Shown: piece by piece, positions 12,936 through 25,948 of the stretch | How positions within the stretch are numbered: the first letter of the stretch is position 1 | Layout: each line of letters starts with the position of its first letter | Origin: Lytechinus pictus | Lineage: Eukaryota | DNA: 64,000 bases | Assembly: GCF_037042905.1 (NCBI RefSeq) | Contig: NC_087245.1 | Span: forward strand, 12,154,001 to 12,218,000 | Direction: 5' to 3' | Translations under genes and position numbers: made by a program | The notes under the pieces: model-generated | Databases searched by the model: none | What the model saw: the letters and a program-made list of their open reading frames with translations, nothing else | What the model was told of the DNA's origin: nothing

Positions 12936-14700
12936 GAAAAAGGGAAAAAAGGTGTAACATATGATGTCATTTTCTAAATATCATGTCGTTATCCATCATA
13001 AAGTTAGATTCCCACTCGCTTCTAAGAAACCTTTACACACGTGCCATGCTGCACTAACCCTCGCGCACAATCATTCAAAAAACCCTGTTCACATTATAAT
13101 ATGACCGGGAAGTTTTGGGCTCTTGCCACTCTTGGCCACCACCCACTGTTATACGCCCCTGAGCTTAATAATAGGGAGTTTTTCGTTTCCACGACGCATG
13201 GCTGATTTAAGAACACAGTAAATGTATTGAAAATGCCCATCAAATAACAATGAACAGCTGGGAGGGCTTTGTCGAAAATCGGTGAGCCGGTGTCGGAGGC
13301 GAAAACGTCCGGCCAGTTTAATCCGTCTGCGCGGACGAAAAATCCTAGAGTATTTCAGCGGTTTTTGTCCGCGGGCAAAAAGACCGTGTTGAGTGGACAA
13401 ATTCTCCGCCGAGGGGCGGACGTTTTCTCCATGCGTAGTCTTTGTTTTTCAGTCGTCATATACACATAAGGATTCATGTTTTGCACAGCCTGTCAGCCTC
13501 TCCGTATATTGGACCGCGTATTAGCGTACCATGCAGGAAAACTATACCCCCAATAGGGTTAGGTGTTTACTTAAGGGGAGTTAGGGGTAAATTTATTATC
13601 AGGCAAGAAGGCGATCCTCATGTATATTCTATAAATGCGGTGCTAGTGTTAGGATGATTCAGCCGTTTGGGGGATTCTAGAGTATTAAATGCTTTACATA
13701 CACAACAAACTTTGCATTAAAGGTCATAATGAGATCACTCATTATCAGGCAAACATTTTACTATTTGCCCCCAAAATCACGTTTTCAGAACTCCGAACTG
13801 TCTGAAAAAAACAGTAATGTACTGTAACTCAGCTGGATGTTATACATAGGCGGATCCAGGGGGGCCGGGGGGCGAAATTATTTTTCCCACCGAGTTCTGG
13901 ACCAACATATGAATATTCATGACTTGCGTCTTCGCACTGAGAGTACGCATGCGCGTGGACTTTGCCTCGACCAGTGCCGATCGTAAGCATTCACGTTGCT
14001 CAGAATGAATTAGCATCGTCAAATTACCGGTAGGGGGCCTACCCTTACATAGTTACATAGGCCTTATAGGCTTAGATCTATATATACATCAAATTCTTAA
14101 ACACTTATCAAACTAGCTGCCATTAATGGCAAGACATGTGCTAGGGTAGGGCTAGCTCAGGCTAGCGCATTAACTTTACCTCAAATCTGGACCTGTCTAA
14201 TGCCTAATACTAATAGGAATAGCCGACTAATGCCATGGTTAACTTCGAACTTGTTAATTCCGAACTTTACGTTTGATTAGGTTTGGACCAATTTTAGCTT
14301 ATTTACCATGGTTTAATATGTCTGGTCCGTATACAGAACCAGTCCTAGATCTAAAAAAAATATCTTAGTTCTAGTCTAGTCTCTAGATCTAGACTCTGAT
14401 CTACGCGCTATCAGCATGGAACCACTAGTGTACCAAAGGGGGGGGGGGGGGCAGACTGCCCCCCTGACGAGTCACAACTGATCCAGGGGACGTGCCCCCC
14501 CTTGAGAAGCCAAATTAATAATTTGTAATGTCAAAATGCAACGAAAAAAGACGTTTGTCCCCTCTTTTGAACGTGAAGATCTTTTCTTTTTTTTCTTGTC
14601 AAATTTTTTTCAGCTACGAAATCCTTAATTTTGGGTGAAGACGGGGATCAAGATCACTGACGTTAATTTGTGCCTGACGTTAGAATACGTTCCATGCACG

Positions 14701-15020
14701 CACTGGTGTACCTAGGATTTTCCAAAAGGGGGGCAAATTTTTTAGAGGATATTTCGTCCGCGAAAAAATGTGACAAGCCCCCCCCCCCAAAAAAAAAAGG
14801 GTGTTCACCCCAAATTATGGATTTCTTAGCTGAAAAAAAATTGACAAGCAAAAAAAAAGAAAAAAGATCTTCACGTTCAAAAAAGGGGACATACGTCTTT
14901 TTCATTGCATTTTTACATTACAAATTATCAATTTGGCTTCTCAAAGGGGGCACGTCCCCTGAATCAGTTGTGACTCGTCAGAGGGACAGTCTCCCCCCCC
15001 CCCCCCTTGGTACACTAGTG
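14701..15020. mobile_element. hAT-like MITE (same family as 32266-32610) inside the foldback element
   Basis: Ends cactggtgtacc / ggtacactagtg; gttccatg at 14689-14696 and 15021-15028 (4 extra nt on the left); shares 'ctgacgagtcacaac' with the 32266 element. Confidence 0.75.
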
Positions 15021-15228
15021 GTTCCATGCTGATACAGCGTAGATCAGAGTCTAGATATAGAGACTAGACTAGAACTAAGATAAAAAAAATTTAGATCTAG
15101 GACTGGTTTTGTATACGGACTACACATTTTTAAACCATGGCAAATAAGCTAATATTTGTCTAAACCTAATTAAACGTGAAGTTCGGAATCAACCAGTTCG
15201 AAGTTAACCATGGCATTAGTCGGCTATT

Positions 15229-18200
15229 CAGTTTTGTAATCAAGGCTCAAACCTCCAAGGCCAAGGCCAAGGCTTTAATACCCAAGGCCAATGCTTCAAT
15301 ACCAAAGGCCAAGGCATGGAAACCCAAGGCCAAGGCCTGAAAACCTCAAGGCCAAGGCATTTCAAACTTACGATATACAGAACAATGAACTAACAATACT
15401 TAGGCGGCAGACATCACACATGGTAAAATGTATGTGAGCGAGGGGACTGAGCGAGAAAAAAAAATTAACCTTTGTACATTTAAAACAAAAATAATTTCAT
15501 GATAGTGACATATTAAAATAATGATATAGTTACCTGTGTACACATAATCCATAATTTTTCTATAGGCGATTTACATTGCAATAATTATTATTATCACGGT
15601 CATCTGATCCTGGCATTCTCAACGTATGTTTTCTCCACTCTCTGGGACAGGGGCAGCAGAAAATTATTATGGGGGGGGGGGGGTCAACGCCAAAAAGGCA
15701 CCCACTTTTCAAAATGAGTTTTTTTGTGCAAACAGATACATGCATTTTCAAAATGAGATTATGAACTGCGTGAAGTAATTGTGTGTTTTATAGAAATTAA
15801 GTTGAGCAAAGGCTTTCTAAAGTGATTTTTAATTATAAGATAGATATTTTGCTTTAGGTTTTACTTCTCGGCGAGAAAGCATAGCGAGCAAGCGGTTTTG
15901 AAAAAAAAAAAATTCTGAAGTTGTAAAACTTGATTTATGGTCAATTATGGGGCTAATCATTGTTGAAATTTCCTTGCGCGATGTTGCCAGCGCGAATCAC
16001 CAGCTCAAACTTCTTGACATGTCGTGTAATAAGACATGGAAATTATTTTATTCTGAGCTGGTTTTGTAATCATGAAAAAGATGTGTATCTAACTAAAAAA
16101 TAACTTTGCGCTCGCTAATTCTTTTTATATACTGACCAGTAAAGGAAGCAGTTGATTAAGCAGTTAATTACTGCATTTTAAATAAGATACATAACTCACC
16201 AATAAAAAATAATGCGAGCGCAAAGCGCGATCGAGCTCAAAAATTTGTGATATTCCAACCTGAAAACTGGACATTCTAAGCATTTTTTTGTGAACGGGAA
16301 GAGAACGAGTACAATAATTGATGCGAGTGCAGGAAGCGAGCCAAATATTTGTGATATTTCAACCATAAAGCAACATTCTATACATTTTTGTAACCATTAT
16401 AGCAGTACTGTACTAAACAATAATTGATTCAAGCACGATTCAAAATCTGTGATTTTCGAACCTAAAATGTATTATGTTTTATTATTAAAGAAGGTATTTC
16501 TTTTTTAAAAAGGGCATATTTCATTGGGAAAAAAAAAATCCTACAGGGATTTTTTTTTTTGGGGGGGGGGGGGGCAAGAGAGCACAAAGCGCAAGCTAAA
16601 ATTTTCAAATGCTTAAACTGAAAATTAGTCATTTTTAGGACTCTTGTCAGTTTTCATATTTTTTTCTGCTAACAACCACTTTTATTTAACAGTTAATTAA
16701 TCATTAATTATTAATACTTAATGATAATATTAATAATTATTAATTATTAAATTATTGTTTTTAATTATCATTTCTTGAAACCATATTGACACAAAACAAA
16801 TACGTTGTTAATTTCCTTGAAACTGTAGAAAAATGAGATTCAATGTTGAACGATATATGATTAAAAAGAAGTGAACATTTTTTCCCCTTTGTTTTGTCAA
16901 TCTGACCCAAAACAAATATAACATTTAGAAGAGAGATGGAGAGAGAAGAAGAAGTCCCACCACCAAGAATAAACTTAGACAATGGGGAAAGGGAAAGGAA
17001 AAGATGGAGTAAATGTGATATTATTTTTTAAACAATCTATTGCAAAATTAGCTTCTCTTATAGAAAGAGGGGGACAGGTTTTGTTCACTCGCTCGCTTCA
17101 ATCGCTTTCTTCTTTTTTTTTTTACAGAAATTTTGCTCTATATATGCCATGATTGGCCTCTCAAAGTTTCTGGCTCATCATGCCATTGAAATAACCCATT
17201 TGGATATGACAAAATTGGAGACTGTGTTTAAGTTTACCAAATCTTTTCAGAATATCATTAACACTTAAAACATTCTTGTTGGCCAAAGAAAATAATACAA
17301 GGAAAATCCTAATGGAATAGAAATCAACCTTGTTATCGTTCTTTAGAGTTAGCTATGTTTAAAGTATGAAAATTGTTGTCAAAATTGCAGTCAGATGTAA
17401 AAATTATTCTTGTCATCAAAGCACTATTATCTTGATCATGACCATTATTATTTGCTGTCATTATCATCATATGATTACAACACATTACCAATACATAATG
17501 CTATTTTTCATAACTGATTTATTCTTTGTTTGAATTTCTTGATAATGGTGACAATTACAATTGATGACACTGCTAGTACACTTACTACTGCTGCTGCTAC
17601 TGTTACTGGTGATTGGTAGTATTGACCATTAGTGTTATTAAATATATATATAAAAAACAATTGAAACATTTATAATTACTTATTTAAAACAAATGAAAGT
17701 ACAAAATACAAAATGCCTTGAAAAAGCCTTAAAATTTCAAGGCTCAAAATCCTCAAGGCCAAGGCCCTCTCAAGGCCAAGGCTTTGAAAAAGTAGCTAGG
17801 CATTAAGGCGCCTTATTAAAGGTCAAGTCCACCCCAGCAAAATGTTGATTTGAATAAATAGAGAAAAATCAAACTAGCATAACACTGAAAATTTAATCAA
17901 AATCGGATGTAAAATAAGAAAGTTATGGCATTTTAAAGTTTCACTTATTTTTCACAAAATAGTGATATGCACAACTCAGTGACATGCAAATGAGTCAGTC
18001 GATGATGTCCATCACTCACTATTTCTTTTGTTTTTTATTGTTTAAATTATACAATATTTCATTTTTTACAGATTTGACAATAGGGACCGACTTGACTGAA
18101 TCATATAGTATTAAACAATGCTAATTCCACATGTTTAGGGAGGAATTAATCACTGTTTCACTTGACAATGAGGAGAAAATTAGAATAATTAATATTTCAT

Positions 18201-18450
18201 ATAATAAAATATAAAAGAAATAGTGAGTGGATGACGTCATCAGTCTCCTCCTTTGCATACCAACCAGGATGTGCATATAACTGTTTTGTGAAACTTTAAA
18301 ATGTCATAACTTTCTTATTTTACATCCGATTTTGATGAAATTTTCAGTGTTATGCTTGTTGGATTTTTCTCATTTTATTCAAATCAACTTTTTGTTGGGG
18401 TGGACTTGTCCTTTAAGGCCAAGGCCGAGCATCAAGGCACTACGACGCTG
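15229..18450. mobile_element. 3.2-kb non-autonomous TIR element with (CAAGGC)n subterminal repeats, inserted in the right foldback arm
   Basis: Interrupts the arm homology at these points; degenerate ends cagttttgtaat / actacgacgctg; aaggcc arrays at 15241-15360, 17715-17810 and 18415-18440. Confidence 0.7.
17820..18412. mobile_element. Kolobok/T2-like MITE, TTAA TSD
   Basis: ttaa|aggtcaagtccacccc ... ggggtggacttgtcct|ttaa; long internal inverted symmetry; same family as 50773-51377. Confidence 0.9.
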
Positions 18451-21148
18451 ATTAGTACTAGGCATTAATTAGACAGGTCCAGATTTGAGGTAAAGTTAAT
18501 GCAGCTAGTTTATTAAGTGTTTAAGAATTGGATACATATATATATATATATATAGATCTAAGCCTATAAGACCTATGTAACTATGTAAGGGTACCGGTAA
18601 TTTGACGATGCTAATTCATTCTGAGCAACGTGAATGCTTACGATCGGCACTGGTCGAGGCCAAGTCCACGCGCATGCGTACTCTCAATCCGAAGACGCAA
18701 GTCATGAATATTCATATGTTGGTCCAGAACTCGGTGGGAAAAATAATTTCGCGGCCGGGGGCCCCTATTGGCGTTGCAAAAAAAAAGGGAGAAAAAAGAA
18801 AAAGAAGGGGAATGAAAGGAGGAAAAAAGAAGAGGAGGGAGACGAGTTAATAAGATAAGGTCAGACTTGGAAAATGATTTAAAATATATATTTCATGTCA
18901 ATTTATTAAATTTTCGTTCGCGCTTCGCGCTCGCATAGCCTGTTCGATGAGTTACATATCTTGCTCAATAGGCTGATATGTATTTCGCTCAAAATATCAA
19001 GTTTTGAAGTCAATATACAAAACATATTTCAGCTCGGACATCGAGCTTTTATTATTTTGTTTGATTTACAAATTGATTTTTCTTTAAGTGCTCTGTAAAA
19101 TGTCCGTATTATGGTGTGAATATCATTTGCAGCTTTTTGCGCTGTGCGCTCGCATTATTTGATTTGCCAAGTAGGCCTATAAATATTGTCTTTGTTTATT
19201 CCATAAGATTCTTTATATATTAATTCTGTAACAAACTATCCCCCTTTTATGACAGTTTATAAAAAACTTCGTCTCGCGATTTGCGCTCGCATTAATAGTT
19301 TAAAAACATATCAACTCAAATCCTATTCATGATTTTTTTTTCTAAGTGCTTAAATATCTAGTTTTCCGGCCTCTAATTTCAACAAATTTCACTAACTCAT
19401 TAGGCTTATTACATGTACATTAATAAATATGATAATAAAATTGTCATGAATTCCTAATAACTTAATTGTCCCTTTTTCAGAAAGGAATATCGCGCTTAGG
19501 AAGAGGAATAGGAAGATATTCATCATTTTCATATGATGACAAAATATCCTTAGGCCTAGAATATCCAGATCCTAGGTCAAAAATAATAATAAAATTATCA
19601 GCTCGCGGTTCGCACTCGCATCATTTATTAATTGCTATCCACATACACTTCACAATTTCTCTACACAGTGCTTTAGATAGTGCTTAAATTCACCATTTTC
19701 ATACCGGAATGTCAAATATTTTCCGCTCGCGCTTCGCGCTCGCATTATTGATTTTCATGATAAAAAATGAAATGTATTCAGAATGTCCAGATTCTGTCTA
19801 AATCTAAAACACGCGCACACATGTTTATTAAGATACGTAGCTTGATCTTTATTCAAAACGTGCTGAAATTATCAAGTTGCGCTCGCATTATTAATGTCTA
19901 GGAAGATACCAAATTACTCATCCTTTTTCATGATTTACAAAACATGAACAGATTGTCCCATTTTTAGGTCTGAAATCTCATTTCTTTTCCGCCCGCTTCA
20001 ATTGTTTAATTATATACCTTTACCGTTTATTTTTTACCGTTTAAAAAGTGCTTAGAATGTCAATTTTTTAGGTCGGAATGTCAAAAAAATTTCAGCTCAC
20101 GCTTCGCGCTCACATTATCTAAAAGTTGAAATATGTATCGTCTTAATGGCTAACTGCAAATCGTCCTTTACAGGTCTCTTTTCGATCAAGCCAGAACCCA
20201 TAGTAAAATTGTCTGCTCGCGCTTCGCGCTCGCAGTAATTATCTAGCTACATACGCATCTTGTTCAGGTTCACAAACATTGCCCAGAATATTCAATTTTC
20301 AGGACAAAATACATTAAATTCCCAAAAAAATTCAGCTCGCGCTTCGCGCTCGCACTATTTAGATAGGGCTTATGAGATGATAACATTGATAATGTTTTAT
20401 AAGAAAAAAGCTAAATGACTGTTAGGACATCGGCGTTTTGCCCCCCCCCCCCCCCACCCCCAATTTTTCACGATCAAGAAAATGGGGTGAAATATAGGCC
20501 TATAATTGTTCAAATGTTATGACAAAATCTATCACAAACTTTGATTTTTGTAATTAAAATGTCAAAAATTTTGCTCGCTTGCTTCGCTCGCTCGCAAGCG
20601 ATATGCTGTATCGAGCCCCCTTAAAATATTTGGCTCATTATGCCACTGAGACAACTCCTTCAAATAAAAACAAAACTCAACTTTGAGCGGCCGATCGGGG
20701 AAAATATGGGTGGGAAAAAAAAATCGGCCCCCCCCCCCCTATTGGCGGAAGCTGGATCCGCCCCTGGTTATAGACTATAACGCTGAAGCAACGTAACGCA
20801 CGGGCACGAGTGCACCGAATCTTTTGAGGCATTAGACATCTCCCTGGTCGATTGAAATCATTGCAAATAATACCCTAGACTACGAAATTACCCGACGCTG
20901 TCAAAATATAGTTCAGTTCAATTGAATGTGAAATCATCCCATTATTTCAATGATAGGGAAGGGGCACTCGGGGCAGCCATAGCAGTAGGCATCCGCCAAT
21001 ATCACTCTTCTAATTTTAAAATAGGCACTGGCCTCAGAATTGGCCTTCTAACATGTCTAATTATTGGGATATCTTTATAATGATATAAGTAATAATAAGT
21101 AGATGTGTGCTACTGTTATTGTATTATATCTCCATATATATTGTGTTT

Positions 21149-21161
21149 ATTATTATTATCA

Positions 21162-21253
<92 letters not shown>

Positions 21254-21275
21254 TGTTGTAGTAGTAGTAGTAGTA
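21149..21275. repeat. Compound microsatellite (ATT)n-(AGT)n
   Basis: Directly visible; accounts for the poly-I/L/S/V ORFs at 21105-21648. Confidence 0.95.
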
Positions 21276-21829
21276 TCATTAGACCCATTTTCATAGAAAG
21301 GCTATTTATCAAGCAATATTTTGAATTTGTCCCTTTGGAAGTATATTGGCGAATGCAGGACAAGTGGGATATTATTAGCATACTGCCAATTAAGGTTTCA
21401 AAAGGGGCAAATAATGAGTGGGGGTGAGGGATCGAGGGCGCTCGTCCTATGCGTCGGCATTTGACTCCCCTTATACTTTTATAAGTACATTTTATGAATA
21501 AAAAATAATATAGAATAAAGAAATAATAATAATAATAGGCATTTATATAGCGCCATCTATCTAGAAATATTCTATTCCAAGACGCGTTGTTATTATTATT
21601 ATTATTATTATAAACAATATATACATATACATATATATATATGCACATATAATATACATATATATAATGAATAAGAAATAAACAAATAAAAATAAATAAA
21701 TAATAATAAAAATAAATGATTCAGTATACATTAATTGTATACAGAAATTATAAAACGATTAAACATATATACAAAGAGAAATTAATAAAACACATTTACA
21801 TATTAAGTTCTGAATTACATTACTTTGGG

Positions 21830-22330
21830 AAAAAACGATAATCTAATATGAATTCAGAAGATATTTTTTTTCCTTTGAAATTTTGTATTGAATCACATTG
21901 TATAATATTCTTTGAAAAGGAATTCCATAATTTTGGACCAGTAAAAACAAATGCTTCTGTGCAAACGATGTTCTATTCAGAGGTAAATGAAAGGAACTCG
22001 TGCTTATGAATTGTATTATTGTTTACAAACATATCATTAAAAGGCAACGGTAATTGTTTATTGATAATCTTGTACATTAACTGTCCGAGTTGAAAAGAAT
22101 ATAAATCTTTAACCTTCAGGACTTTATTTCTCAAAAACAGAATATTTGTATATGTGCCCTGAATTCTGCATGACTTATAATACGAATCACTCTTTTTTGT
22201 AATATAAAAAGTCTATTAATTTGAGAATTCGCTGCGTTAACCCATGCAACAACTCCGTAATTCAAGTATGGTAAAATTAACATTGAATATAATGATAACA
22301 AAATATTTTCCTCAAACCTTAACTAATATT
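21830..22330 (-). mobile_element. Degraded 3' fragment of an L2/Crack-like LINE
   Basis: Minus-strand translation gives LPYLNYGVVAWVNA..INRLFILQKRVIRII and GPKLWNS. Confidence 0.7.
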
Positions 22331-22702
22331 TTGTATTATTCTTTCAGCTATTTTTACAACAATTCTTTTTTAAGGGATCCCCTTTAAAATGAATAAAAGT
22401 GGTTATCTATCTTTTGTCCTTAATACCTATATGCACTATTTGCCCCCCCCCCCCCCCCCGATTCAACGATTCTATAGCCACATAAAAATGTATGAGTGGG
22501 ACCAAAGGCCTGCTAATTTTGTTGATTCACACGCAACAAGTAACAGTAACACAAACTACTTGCAAATTAAATAGGCTAGTATAAAAACAAACTCATGTAA
22601 AATTTCACGATTGAGAGAACACCTACGAGAAACAGTGGATTGTAATTTACAAATATAGTACCGAATATCTGAAAAAAATATGATTGACTTGCTTTTTCGC
22701 AA

Positions 22703-24628
22703 GGTCTCACGCGCGTAAAACATTCCCCATAGACTTGTGTGTTAAAATGGCACTTAACAAAAATTCATAAAAAATAAATGTGAAATTAGAGGGTCGAATG
22801 TTTACTACCTTTGGATAGGATATATATCTGACATTCCATATCTGCCCAGAGAAGGGTATCGTAGCCAGCTCATTTTAAAAATAAATCGCCATTCATGAAG
22901 ATAACTATGATGGGATCAAATTCATCAACTGAAACAGTAAAATAGCCCCAATTCTTCCGCCAGTCAAAAAATAGTGCCAAATCATTGATATATTTTCCCA
23001 ATTTGGGCAAAGGAAGTTCAGTAGTTACCATTTCTAGAATCAGTGTAAGATTTTGAATCATATTCATACATTTTTGTCAATCAGCAATATCAAATTGAAA
23101 AATTTCGAATGGGTTGGGTCGAACGAATATCTTTAGCCCTCCTGATGTAAGTAGGCTCATGGCACCTATATTATATGACCTATGAATTTTATTTTTTTTA
23201 ATAGCTTCTTTGCTATTCTTTTATATCTGTACACTTACACTAGCACAAAGAAATGCATTGAAAATGCTTATTTTCTATGCAATGACCCATTTTAATGTGC
23301 TACTCATACATGTTATATTCACTATATGGATGTATACATATCCTTCCTGCATATAGCCCAACAGTGAATGCAATGACAATATATAGGCCCCTATTCTCCT
23401 TGTAATATAAAGGTGTATGTAAATTTGGTGTAGATATCAGGATACCAGAACTGCCCCAAACATAATTACCAGATATACATGAGATTGAATGAGGAAACAA
23501 TAAATGAATGATAACATATTATATTACTTTAGTACATTTGCATTTGAACTATTATATCAAAATCTTCCTAGGGCTATTGCCTATCAGATGTAAGAAGAAA
23601 GAGATAAACAAATAGATAGAAAGAGGAGAGAGAAAGAAAGATAATTTTATAGATGTCATGGCTTATAAAGAAGGGGGGGGGGGGGCTAGACTAAGATTGG
23701 ATCACACAGCCACCCCCCTCCCTCCTTAGTTGAGCACTATTAGATACCTTACCTTACTCTGTGCCTTTTTCTAAATACCTTCTTGAAGGTACCACTCTAG
23801 TTCTCTTCAGTAAAGTTCAGAAAGTTCTATCTCTAGCTCTCTACCCCATTCCAAAGAACAATTTTAACATGAGCAATTTGTATAGGTCTTTCTAACATTA
23901 AGTAGGTGATCATACACTAGCACAAACTAATGATGAATCAGAACATAAAGAGGCCTAGACTCTCATTGACCAGTCTACATGCATTCCTAGGCTTACATAC
24001 ACATACCTACTAACTTTACCTGATATAGCCTTGCTAAGCCATTAAATCCATTTTTTGCACCACTTGATGACTAAACATATTGATATCAGTTAGAAATTGT
24101 TTGCTTCTGAGGGTTTTTTGCAGGTATTCCATCCACTATAGGGAATTCGCCTGTATTACTTGTAGGTCTCACGCGCGTAAAACATTCCCCATAGACTTGT
24201 GTGTTAAAATGGCACTTAACAAAAATTCATAAAAAATAAATGTGAAATTAGGGGGTCGAATGTTTACTACCTTTGGATAGGATATATATCTGACATTCCA
24301 TATCTGCCCATAGAAGGGTATCGTAGCCAGCTCATTTTAAAAATAAATTGCCATTTATGAAGATAACTATGATGGGATCAAATTCATCAACTGAAACAGT
24401 AAAATAGCCCCAATTCTTCCGCCAGTCAAAAAATAGTGCCAAATCATTGATATATCTTCCCAATTTGGGCAAAGGAAGTTCAGTAGTTACCATTTCTAGA
24501 ATCAGTGTTAGATTTTGAATCATATTCATACATTTTTGTCAATCAGCAATATCAAATTGAAAAATTTCGAATGGGTTGGGTCGAACGAATATCTTTAGCC
24601 CTCCTGATGTAATTAGGCTCATGGCACC
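22703..24628. mobile_element. Non-autonomous DNA element with 464-bp long terminal direct repeats, short imperfect TIRs and 4-bp TSD (KolobokP-like)
   Basis: Direct repeats 22703-23166 and 24165-24628 (about 7 substitutions by eye). Each starts ggtctcacgcgc and ends gctcatggcacc. gcaa flanks both outer ends. No TG..CA ends, and no PBS or PPT seen. Confidence 0.75.
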
Positions 24629-25948
24629 GCAAGCACTACACGGACACCATTGTCAGATAGCCTGTGATTCAGACACCCTAAAAAAACGTAGCTTGCGATA
24701 CAGTCGCCGAAAAAAATCGTAGCCTGTACTCCAGTCGCTGAAAAAAAAATATGCGGGCGTAATCTCCGGAAAATACGGACATTTTCAGCGGGCAAAACGT
24801 TTTTTCCGTCCGGGCGGACAGAAACGCCTGAACGATATCAGGTTTTTTGGTCCGTCTTCGCATTTTCGGGCGTTTTCACTGCCCGGGCATAACAACCTGC
24901 TACACCGGCCACCCAAATTAATGTATTTTTTTGTTTTTGAATATCATGCCGATCCGATATCCGAACCGATTTCGATTTTAGGAGCAAAACTTCCGAACCG
25001 AACTCCGATCCCGTTATTGCTCTTACTTACAACCTATACTTTATGCCCAAGATCAAGGTAAGTCAAGGTAAATAAATAATGTTTCTGAAATGATATTGCA
25101 TGCCACCTGTGCATTCTAAAATTTGAGTCAATAAAAGCGTTATACAAAATTTAATCGATCAGGTCTATGTGAAAATCTGTACACATTTCGAAGCGGTCAA
25201 TCACTCGCTCTGCACATATACTACATAATGTTCATAAGTAATGATTATAGTCGTTACATTCAGCTTACACAAAGTCCATAGGCGGCCAGGGGCGAAACGG
25301 AAAATGGAAACGATAATCACCACAGGAGAAGGGGAAAAGAAGAAGAAATATGAGAGGGAAAGAACTGTGACTGAAACAAGAAAAAGGGTATGATTGGAAA
25401 ATTGATATATGAAAAAACTTTCAGGACATTAAAATTTTCGCTCGCGCATCGTGCTCGCCTTGCTTGTTGACTGAAATAATAATCTGCTCATGCCTCATGA
25501 GGATTACATGGGACTTGAAATATCCCGTTTTCACGTCTATATGCACAAACTTTTTTGCTCTATTGCTTGTGATGTTTAGTTAGATACGCATTTCATTCAT
25601 GAATATGATGATTGCTCTGAATGTTCAATTTTCAGGGCTATAAACACATGCAATATAAAAAAATAAGCTAGCGCTTCGCGCTCGAATTATGAATTTCGGC
25701 CTTATAATTATAGATCTAAGATGGCTAACTTACAACTCCTGTCTTAAGTTAGGACTATTATACCCCCTCGAAAAACCAACAACAAACATAAGCTTATAGC
25801 GGAAATTGTGGATGAAAATGTTTTCCATACCCGGCCCTATTGACGAAAGCTGGATCGGCCCCCTGAAATTCTGAAACCTAGATATATGTCGCTATTCAAG
25901 CTTAAAGGTTGTATTATACACCCCACTTCCCACATACAAAGGACTTAA

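Larger units (their letters stand above)
13872..18752. mobile_element. Mutator (MULE)-like foldback element with very long TIRs and 9-bp TSD
   Basis: TSD ggccggggg at 13863-13871 and 18753-18761; arms begin gcgaaattatttttcccaccgag; left arm 13872-~14640 pairs with 14803-15228 plus 18451-18752. Confidence 0.85.
13845..20766. mobile_element. Outer non-autonomous hAT-like element with 6-bp TSD (about 2 kb of own sequence plus nested inserts)
   Basis: TIR cataggcggatccag / ctggatccgcccctg; TSD gttata at 13839-13844 and 20767-20772. Confidence 0.75.

Noticed and set aside
13840..18850. Near-identical ORFs MTMLIHSEQRECLRS on opposite strands
   Set aside because: They are a by-product of the foldback TIRs, start at non-ATG codons and have no domain signature.
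21105..21648. Poly-L/V/I/S membrane-protein-like ORFs
   Set aside because: Translations of the (ATT)n(AGT)n microsatellite.
22870..24529. Duplicated 65-aa ORFs (22870-23067, 24332-24529) as a gene pair
   Set aside because: They fall inside the two direct repeats and show no recognisable domain.
22703..24628. LTR retrotransposon / TRIM
   Set aside because: Repeats lack TG..CA ends, no PBS or polypurine tract was seen, and the repeats have GGT..ACC inverted ends. Not fully excluded without other copies.
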